Part shown: piece by piece, positions 57,025 through 64,000 of the stretch
Layout: every line of letters starts with the position of its first letter
How positions within the stretch are numbered: the first letter of the stretch is position 1
Assembly: GCA_965207075.1 (NCBI GenBank)
Contig: CBDBLO010000002.1
Span: 1,440,001-1,504,000, forward strand
Direction of reading: 5' to 3'
Origin: Nitrosopumilus sp.
Lineage (GTDB): Archaea; Thermoproteota; Nitrososphaeria; Nitrososphaerales; Nitrosopumilaceae
Length of the DNA: 64,000 nt
Notes under the pieces: generated by a model
What the model was told of the DNA's origin: nothing
Database searches by the model: none
What the model saw: only the letters and a program-made list of their open reading frames with translations
Position numbers and translations under genes: made by a program

Positions 57025-58776
57025 ATGAGCATATCGAGCAGGAACGTAGTAGAGGGCACGGCAAGGGCCCCCCACAGGGCCATGTACAAGGCCATGTCCC
57101 TGACAGACGAGGACCTTGCAAGGCCGTTTGTCGGAGTGTGCCACACAGGCAACGAGGCCACGCCGTGCAACATACACCTGCCGCGACTTGCGCTCAAGGC
57201 AAAGCAGGGCGCCGCTGACGCGGGCGCCACGCCGCGCGAGTTTGCCACCATTGCGGTAAGCGACGGGATAGCCATGGGGCACGAGGGGATGAAGTCCTCG
57301 CTCGTATCCCGCGAGGTGATAGCCGACTCCATAGAGCTGATGGTAAGGGCGCACCAGTACGACGCGCTGGTGGGAATAGCAGGGTGCGACAAGAGCCTGC
57401 CCGGCACCATGATGGCGATGGCGAGGCTCGACATACCCTCCGTCTTCGTGTACGGCGGGACGATAATGCCCGGAATGCTCGACGGCAGGGAGCTTACCAT
57501 AGTTGACGTGTACGAGGCAGTCGGATCGTACGACGCGGGCAGCATATCGCTTGAGCAGTTGAAAGACATAGAGAATGCCGCGTGCCCCAACGCCGGCTCG
57601 TGCGGCGGGATGTTTACTGCAAACACGATGGCGTCCATATCGGAGGCCATAGGGCTCGCGCTGCCCGGAAGCGCAAGCCCCCCCGCCGAGGACGAGAGGC
57701 GCGAGGCGATGGCGTACGACACGGGGGCGGCGTGCGCAAGGCTGCTGCTGGAGACGGGCATACGGCCCCGCGACATACTGACGCTCGAGTCATTTGAGAA
57801 CGCGATTGCGATGCTCAACGCGGTGGGCGGGTCAACGAACGGCATACTGCACCTCCTGGCGCTCTCAAGGGAGGTCGGGGTGGACCTCACGTACGAGGAC
57901 TTTGAGAGGATCAGGAAGAAGACGCCGCACATTACCGACATGAAGCCGGGCGGGAGCTACGTGATGAACTCGCTTGACCGCATAGGCGGCATACCGCTCG
58001 TGATGAAAAAGCTGCTTGACGCGGGACTGCTCAACGGGGACTGCATGACCGTAACCGGAAAAACAATATCTCAGAACCTGGCGTCCGTGGCGCCGTACGT
58101 TCCGGCGGGACCGGATGGCTCCAAGCTGCAGGAGGACAGATACGGTGGTGGCAGCGGCGCCGGCGCGGCCGAGGCCCCCGGCATACTGCGCGACACGGAC
58201 AGCCCCATACACAGGACGGGCACCGCCGTGATACTGCGCGGCACGCTTGCCCCCGACGGGGCCGTAATCAAGACTGCGGGTGTCGAGATGACCACGTTCG
58301 AGGGAAGGGCGCGCGTCTTTGACCGGGAGGAGGCGGCCTTTGAGGAGGTCTCAAGAGGCGGGATCGTGCCGGGGGACGTGGTGGTGATCAGGTACGAGGG
58401 CCCAAAGGGCGGGCCTGGAATGCGCGAGATGCTCGCCACCACGGCGGCCTTGGTGGGCCAGGGGCTCGGCAGGCAGGTGGCAATGGTAACAGACGGCAGG
58501 TTCTCCGGGGGGACCAGGGGGTTCATGGTGGGCCACGTGGCGCCCGAGGCGTACGTCGGGGGCCCCATAGCGCTGGTGCGCGACGGCGACACGATCGTCA
58601 TAGACACGGAGTCAAACCTCATAGACGTACGCGTATCAGAGGGTGAGATGGAGTCAAGAAGGGCCGGGTGGCAGAGGCCCCCGCCCAACTATACGCACGG
58701 CGCCCTTGCAAAGTTCGCGTCACTCGTGGGCTCTGCAGCAGAAGGGGCGGTTACAAGGCCCGTCGTGCGGCAGTGA
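57025..58776 (+). CDS. ilvD: dihydroxy-acid dehydratase
   Basis: [40 protein letters not shown] and TDGRFSG motifs. Confidence 0.97.
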   Translation: MSISSRNVVEGTARAPHRAMYKAMSLTDEDLARPFVGVCHTGNEATPCNIHLPRLALKAKQGAADAGATPREFATIAVSDGIAMGHEGMKSSLVSREVIADSIELMVRAHQYDALVGIAGCDKSLPGTMMAMARLDIPSVFVYGGTIMPGMLDGRELTIVDVYEAVGSYDAGSISLEQLKDIENAACPNAGSCGGMFTANTMASISEAIGLALPGSASPPAEDERREAMAYDTGAACARLLLETGIRPRDILTLESFENAIAMLNAVGGSTNGILHLLALSREVGVDLTYEDFERIRKKTPHITDMKPGGSYVMNSLDRIGGIPLVMKKLLDAGLLNGDCMTVTGKTISQNLASVAPYVPAGPDGSKLQEDRYGGGSGAGAAEAPGILRDTDSPIHRTGTAVILRGTLAPDGAVIKTAGVEMTTFEGRARVFDREEAAFEEVSRGGIVPGDVVVIRYEGPKGGPGMREMLATTAALVGQGLGRQVAMVTDGRFSGGTRGFMVGHVAPEAYVGGPIALVRDGDTIVIDTESNLIDVRVSEGEMESRRAGWQRPPPNYTHGALAKFASLVGSAAEGAVTRPVVRQ

Positions 58777-58850
58777 CGCGGCGGCAGCGTCGGAGGCCAC
58801 AAGGCGGCGCGCGGCTCGCTCCTGCCCCAGGCAGCTCCCGCCAAGGCGCA

Positions 58851-60533
58851 TCACGCGCTCCCCGCCTGCATGCCCAGCATGTCGCGATACGACAGCGGCA
58901 CCGAGTTCCGGGACTGGGCCAGCAGCCTGTCGGCCGCCGCGTCGAGTATGTAGGTCCTGGCCCAGTCCTGCTCGCTGCGGACGGAGCGCCCGAGTCCCTG
59001 TAGCAGCTTTGTCAGCGTGCGGGACGCATACCAGCGCGGAAACTTCCTCATCTTGGCCCTCGTACGCTCCTCCGAGTAGTTCGGGTACGGCACCTTTGCG
59101 ATTATCTGGAACCGCGACATGTCGTCCTTGAGGTCGACGCCCTCCCACAGGGACGAGGAGAGCAGGACGCTGCGCGGCTCGTCCCTGTGCTCGGCTATTA
59201 TCTCGCCCTGCGTTCTGCCGTCGGGGTTGGCGCTGTGGCATATCTTGACGCGGCGCCGGTTGCGCTCTGAGAGCCCCTTGAGGATGTAGTAGCACTTTGA
59301 TACGGACGACGTCAGGACAAGCCCGCGCGCGTCGGCGTGCTTGTCCATCAGCTCGTCTATCTTCGATATTACCGCCGCCTCGTCGGCCGGCGTGCTGCGG
59401 TAGTTGAGGTGCCTCACGCGCAGCATCTCCACGGCGCGGTGCTCCAGGGGAAACGGTGACTCGGGGGTGTCCACGATCGCGACCGAGTCCGGGTCGAGCC
59501 CCATGTTCTCGCAAAAGCTCGGCTTGTCGATGGTGGCAGACATGAACAGGTTGTGCTTGGAGGTGAAGAACTCCCCGGCAAAGCCCGAGACGTCTATCGG
59601 CTTTATTGATATGGTCCTTATGTTGCCGTCCGCGTCGGTCTCGGGCCTGTTGACCACAAAGTTCCCCATGTCCGAGGAGATCTCCTGCCTTGCATGGGCC
59701 GCCTCCTCGTAGATGGACCGGAGCCGGCTGAGTATGCGAAAGTCCGGGAGGGACTCAGGCGATACCGACTCCTCCACGTCCCGGATTCGGCCCGAGTAAT
59801 ACTTGGCAATCTCGGTAATGATCCCAAGCGTGTCTTCCACGCTCCCAAGGTCGTACCGGTCGGCGTGGATCTCCGCCTCCTCCAGGTGCCGCTGCCGTAT
59901 GTCGTATCCGATGAACTGGACTATCTGATCCTCTAGTGTGTGGGCCTCGTCGAATATAGAGACGGGCCTCTCCAGGTACTGTCCGAACAGCGACTGGCCG
60001 AACTTTATAATCTGAAAGTACGACGAATAGTTCCAGAGGGAGTGGGGCGAGAGCAGCCCCCTGTACTTTTGCACATAGTACGGGCATGGCTCGGAGGGAC
60101 AGTCGTCTTCTTCCACCTGCTTGATCGTGGGCTTGAACCTGCATGTGTCTACGATCTGCTTGCCGCCGACCGTCTTTTTTATAACGCAGCGCCCTTTCTC
60201 GCACGTCATCCCGTTGCGCGCCGCGTACACCTCGTCGTCCATCTTCTGTTCGGACATTATCTGGTGGCAGGCAAAGTTCGACTTGCCCTTGACGGGGCTG
60301 AGAAGCGCAAAGTCCTCCACGTACTGGTTCTGGAGGTTTTTTGAGGCCGTGACCACAAACGAGCTGCCGAAGTGGCGGGCCACCGTCACGCCCACAAGCG
60401 ACTTGCCCACGCCGGTGGGGGCGCACAGTACGATGTTTGGGTATCCGGATCCGATGCACGACTCTATCTCAGAGAAGATGCGCTTCTGGATCGGGCGCGG
60501 CACGAACGGGGCCGGAACCTTGTCCTCCAACAT
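58851..60533 (-). CDS. XPD/DinG/Rad3-family Fe-S helicase
   Basis: APTGVGKS, Cys cluster ending CPYY, DEAH, EGVD, QGLGRSVRSEQD and ILD motifs. Confidence 0.92.
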   Translation of the reverse strand: MLEDKVPAPFVPRPIQKRIFSEIESCIGSGYPNIVLCAPTGVGKSLVGVTVARHFGSSFVVTASKNLQNQYVEDFALLSPVKGKSNFACHQIMSEQKMDDEVYAARNGMTCEKGRCVIKKTVGGKQIVDTCRFKPTIKQVEEDDCPSEPCPYYVQKYRGLLSPHSLWNYSSYFQIIKFGQSLFGQYLERPVSIFDEAHTLEDQIVQFIGYDIRQRHLEEAEIHADRYDLGSVEDTLGIITEIAKYYSGRIRDVEESVSPESLPDFRILSRLRSIYEEAAHARQEISSDMGNFVVNRPETDADGNIRTISIKPIDVSGFAGEFFTSKHNLFMSATIDKPSFCENMGLDPDSVAIVDTPESPFPLEHRAVEMLRVRHLNYRSTPADEAAVISKIDELMDKHADARGLVLTSSVSKCYYILKGLSERNRRRVKICHSANPDGRTQGEIIAEHRDEPRSVLLSSSLWEGVDLKDDMSRFQIIAKVPYPNYSEERTRAKMRKFPRWYASRTLTKLLQGLGRSVRSEQDWARTYILDAAADRLLAQSRNSVPLSYRDMLGMQAGSA

Positions 60534-60803
60534 GGTATTGGTTGGTGCCGGTGCGTCAGTATTAATACCATGATGCGGCGGATCGGGTCCCGCCAAGGCA
60601 GGCGGCAAGCAGTAACTGCCGCTGTCACCGGCAACAGCGCAGCAGCAGCGGTTGCAGCAATAACGAAAGCGCCAGTGCGGTAACAGAGCTATCCCTTCCC
60701 CTTCTCCCCCTCCCCCCTCCCCGCGCACGGCACGGCGGCCGTGCCAAGCACGCCGAAACCTGACCTCAGTCAAGGTTAAAACGCATAACAGACATACAGT
60801 GAT

Positions 60804-61025
60804 ATGCACCAGTGCTATTATTGCAGCCAGATATTTGACACAAAGGAAAAATTATATGATCATTTAGAGATCCATACGGACGCCGAGCGGAACAGCGAGA
60901 TCATAGCAAGAAACAAAGAGAGGGCCGAAAGAGCAGAAGCAAGAGAAGAAGACAGCGACGAGGCAGAGGCAGGCGACGAGGCAGAGGCAGGCGACGGCAG
61001 GAGCCGCACGGCGGAAATGGAATAG
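60804..61025 (+). CDS. C2H2 zinc-finger small protein
   Basis: CYYCSQIFDTKEKLYDHLEIH. Acidic tail with an 18-bp tandem repeat; TTAAAA upstream. Confidence 0.85.
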   Translation: MHQCYYCSQIFDTKEKLYDHLEIHTDAERNSEIIARNKERAERAEAREEDSDEAEAGDEAEAGDGRSRTAEME

Positions 61026-61123
61026 AAGCGGCAATGCAGGAATAGCCGCACGCGGCCATGCACGCAACACAGATGGAAAAAAGTGTCAGTTACGATAAAC
61101 GGCGGCGGCGCAAGGTGTCTTGA

Positions 61124-61687
61124 TCATCTCCTCAGGGCCTCACGCAGCATGTCATCAAACCTGCGCTGGGCCTCACTGTCGGCCCCGTGCCGCGTGTCCC
61201 TGTCGTACCGGGCCTGCCGCGCTGCAAGCACGGCCTCGAGTTTGCGCACCGCGGACTCTACCACAAGCGCGGAGTCCTCCTTTGCATTCTGCATTCTCTG
61301 ATCCTCGTTCCTGCCGCGCGTGGGAAAGCGCCTTCCGCACACGGAGCTCCGCACGCGTCCGATCTCCTCGCGCATTACGAGCTCCCCAAGATCAAAGTGC
61401 CCTTGCTGGTGGCACAGCGCTGCATCGTCGCAGTCAGGGCGGGCCCAGGAAAGAACAGGCCAGAACTCGGTGGCTATGCGGAGATCCAAAACCTCAAAGA
61501 GAATCGAGCCATCGGCGGACTGCTCCGACCCGACCGTCCACCTTGGCCTGTAACGTATTGCGCTGTAGGCGTCCTCGAGCTCGGCAGGATTCTGCTCGGC
61601 CTGAAAGTCAGCCCACGACAGCGTCAAGCCGGGGGACCACGGAATGGGATCGGGGCGGCTCACGGCATATGGTACCTGTGGCGTCAT
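61124..61687 (-). CDS. DUF922-like zincin-fold protein
   Basis: LSWADFQ, SW, HQQGHFDLGE and QARYDRDTRHG...Q motifs. Confidence 0.8.
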   Translation of the reverse strand: MTPQVPYAVSRPDPIPWSPGLTLSWADFQAEQNPAELEDAYSAIRYRPRWTVGSEQSADGSILFEVLDLRIATEFWPVLSWARPDCDDAALCHQQGHFDLGELVMREEIGRVRSSVCGRRFPTRGRNEDQRMQNAKEDSALVVESAVRKLEAVLAARQARYDRDTRHGADSEAQRRFDDMLREALRR

Positions 61688-62206
61688 AATGGTATTGCGG
61701 CGGTGGCGGCGGTAGCCGGCCGGCTTGCCTGCCGGATGGACGGGCCAAACCGCCGCGCGTGCGACGGCCCCGGTCAGGACGGTATTTTTTGGCCTGATTG
61801 ATCAAAAAATCACACATCGCTCAGGATATAACGCGCCGGCAACGACACATCAAAGCAGACAGCGGAGGCAGGTTGTTTTATTGCCAGGCGCGAGCCACAC
61901 GCAGTCCCCCAAAGGGCAAGACTGGCAGAGGCCTGACCGGCATGCCTCCAAGTTCGGACGGCACGGAAGGCGCGCCTCCCCACAGGCAGGGCCCTCTGGT
62001 CAGGCCCGCGGATCTCCCCTCCGAGGGGCCTGCACCCGCCGCCCGGACACGACATCAACACACGGCGGCAGCGGCCTCTGGCCGCAAACGGCCGCACCAT
62101 ACAACTGCCCGACGTGGCAGCGGCGGGACGTCTGCCGACACCAGATGCCATGCGGGACGCGCGGTGCAATCCCAAACATTAAGTATTCACGAAAAATTGA
62201 TCATTC

Positions 62207-62740
62207 ATGTCACATGACAGGGGCGCGCACGGCCGGGAGCGCCGTTTTTCGAGGCCCAGGAGGCGCGAGCCCTCCCCGCCCGTAGAAAAAAGGGTCGAGA
62301 TGTTCATACTGAGAAACTCCCGGAACGGTTACTTTACAAAATTCTCCACGATTATGACAAAGTTCAACATTACAGAGTCAGAGACGTGGAACCTGGTGGG
62401 AATGCTGCTCTCCGCAGGCAACCTCGAGTCAATACACGATCCGACGTCGGGGGAGATGAAGATATTCGAGGTCGGCAAGAAGTACGAGATACTGAACACC
62501 GGCAGGAGGCGCAGGATCGAGGAGAAGGAAGAGGGCAGAAGCGGCCACCAGGGCGCGGGCGACAGGCGCGGCGGCCATCCCAGGGGCGGCAAAAGAGCGC
62601 AGGGCGGCGGCAGGGAAGAGGGCGCCAAGAGGGACGGGAGGCGGCCGAGCGCCAAGAGGGAGAGCCGAGGAAAGGCGGAAGTCCAACGGCGCGGCACGCG
62701 CGGAAGCGCCAATGGCGCGCGGCGGCCACAAAGCAATTAA
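62207..62740 (+). CDS. hypothetical protein (wHTH-like core, Arg/Gly-rich tail)
   Basis: FILRNSRNGYFTK...G.LES.HD..SGEMK core. TTAAGTA upstream. Confidence 0.7.
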   Translation: MSHDRGAHGRERRFSRPRRREPSPPVEKRVEMFILRNSRNGYFTKFSTIMTKFNITESETWNLVGMLLSAGNLESIHDPTSGEMKIFEVGKKYEILNTGRRRRIEEKEEGRSGHQGAGDRRGGHPRGGKRAQGGGREEGAKRDGRRPSAKRESRGKAEVQRRGTRGSANGARRPQSN

Positions 62741-62763
62741 TTTGAGATCGCCTCAAGTCAGGC

Positions 62764-63267
62764 GTGTCGTTTTCCATAGACTGGCAGGCCGAGTTCTACG
62801 GCATATCATGGGCGTACGAGAAGGACAGGCTGGTGATATCGCTCGTGTTCGAGGACACCGGGATTGCGGCCGCCGTCGCAAGGGCGGTGGAGAGATGGAG
62901 CGACAGGTTCACGCGCCTCACCATAATAGAGAAGGACGGCGACGAGTTTGCGATATGCTGCTACCAGGACCCGCAGGTCTCAAAGGACGAGTCCAACACG
63001 GGGCTGTTCCGCACCGGCATGAAGCAGAGGAGCGGGTACGAGCAGGCAAAGCACATGATCCTCGAGAAGCCCCCGCTCATACAGATTGCGTATGCGGCCG
63101 ACGTGAGGGACATGGGGACGTACGAACAGGTATCGCGCCTGGTTCCAATGAGAAAGTGCCGCATAATATCAGAAAAGGATCTGAGGCGGCAGGAATACCA
63201 CTACGAGAAGACCGCAAACGAGACGTCGACGGACAGAAGAATTTCCACGCCCACGGCAGGATCCTGA
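62764..63267 (+). CDS. hypothetical protein
   Basis: GTG-start ORF with native codon usage and an AT-rich promoter ~28 nt upstream. Confidence 0.7.
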   Translation: MSFSIDWQAEFYGISWAYEKDRLVISLVFEDTGIAAAVARAVERWSDRFTRLTIIEKDGDEFAICCYQDPQVSKDESNTGLFRTGMKQRSGYEQAKHMILEKPPLIQIAYAADVRDMGTYEQVSRLVPMRKCRIISEKDLRRQEYHYEKTANETSTDRRISTPTAGS

Positions 63268-63471
63268 CGCTGTAACGTGCGGCAAGGGTGCGAATGCGGC
63301 CGCGCCTGCAGCAAGGCAGGGGGGGGATGCACGGCAGCGCCAGGCGTGGCCGGCCGCGGCAAAGCGGCGCAGGCGCACAGGCCCGCAGGCCACAGTCCGT
63401 CCTGCCCGCCGCTTCAAAAAAATGAATAAATCGTTCTTGGTCGTTATATAACGGTCGTGCAAAAGACCATC

Positions 63472-63546
63472 ATGAAAGAAAAAGAGCAAGCAGAAGCATG
63501 GGAAGATGTAATCGGGTTATCGTGGCTAATCTCCGACGGCGAATAG
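63472..63546 (+). CDS. 24-aa candidate microprotein
   Basis: MKEKEQAEAWEDVIGLSWLISDGE. TTATATAA 28 nt upstream and a poly-T tract downstream. Confidence 0.5.
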   Translation: MKEKEQAEAWEDVIGLSWLISDGE

Positions 63547-63572
63547 CGTACGGGCAGCCCGCTTGCAAGCCG

Positions 63573-63584
63573 TTTTTTTTTTTT
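63573..63584 (+). terminator. oligo-T terminator
   Basis: Run of ~12 T following short palindromes, 27 nt after the microprotein stop. Confidence 0.55.
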
Positions 63585-63806
63585 GACTTGTGGCTGATGC
63601 CGGGCTCGGTCCATTCTCCTTCCCCTTCCCCTCTCCCCCCTCCTCCCCCCCCCCCACACACGCACACAACCCCGAGCTGCCGCACTACGGGCACGCTCTG
63701 ACAGAAACAGGGGGCAGGCCGAACCGCGCAGGAGAGCGGCCAAGGCATGCACCATGCAGTCCTGCCTCTTTTATTACTGGACGTCCATAACATAACCGTG
63801 CGCGAC

Positions 63807-64000
63807 ATGATATGCGGCGTTGACGAATCCGGCGTGGGGTCCATAATAGGGCCCATGGTGTTTGCCGGAGTCGCAATGCAGGCAGAGTCGTCCCGTACGC
63901 TGAGACGGTGGGGGGTTGCAGACTCAAAGACGCTCCCCTGCAGCGCGGTGTCAGCAATATACAAGAGGATTGCAAGCGCACCGCAGCGCATGCTCATGTA
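63807..64000 (+). CDS. rnhB: ribonuclease HII-like protein (5' part, runs off window)
   Basis: MICGVDESGVGSIIGPMVFAGV...GVADSKTL. Confidence 0.85.
   Translation, partial: MICGVDESGVGSIIGPMVFAGVAMQAESSRTLRRWGVADSKTLPCSAVSAIYKRIASAPQRMLM

Overview
High-GC (visually ~60%) chromosomal window from an ammonia-oxidising archaeon of the Nitrosopumilaceae/Cenarchaeum type. This call rests on the 16S-23S operon with no ITS tRNA or linked 5S, plus cdvA, TFB, aRF1, FEN1 and two purP paralogues. Most of the window is housekeeping: rrs-rrl, tRNA-Ser(CGA), tRNA-Phe(GAA), hemL, acs, an M1 aminopeptidase, the methylmalonyl-CoA mutase B12 subunit, ilvC, ilvD, nadM, aspS-gatCAB, pduO, msrA, an XPD/DinG helicase and rnhB. 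The main observations are: (1) a 567-bp non-autonomous element with 24-bp terminal inverted repeats and an 8-bp target-site duplication that carries a truncated tnpB; (2) a cbtB-cbtA cobalt-uptake locus with a divergent wHTH regulator, a perfect operator palindrome, a structured leader able to sequester the Shine-Dalgarno (SD) site, and an apparent ACG start codon; (3) an intact IS630 splitting a Yip1-like gene; (4) a phaR-phaP-like operon; (5) several unannotated microproteins; (6) frequent tri/hexanucleotide microsatellite expansions. No CRISPR array was seen. All family assignments are from motif recognition by eye; no database searches or folding programs were run.
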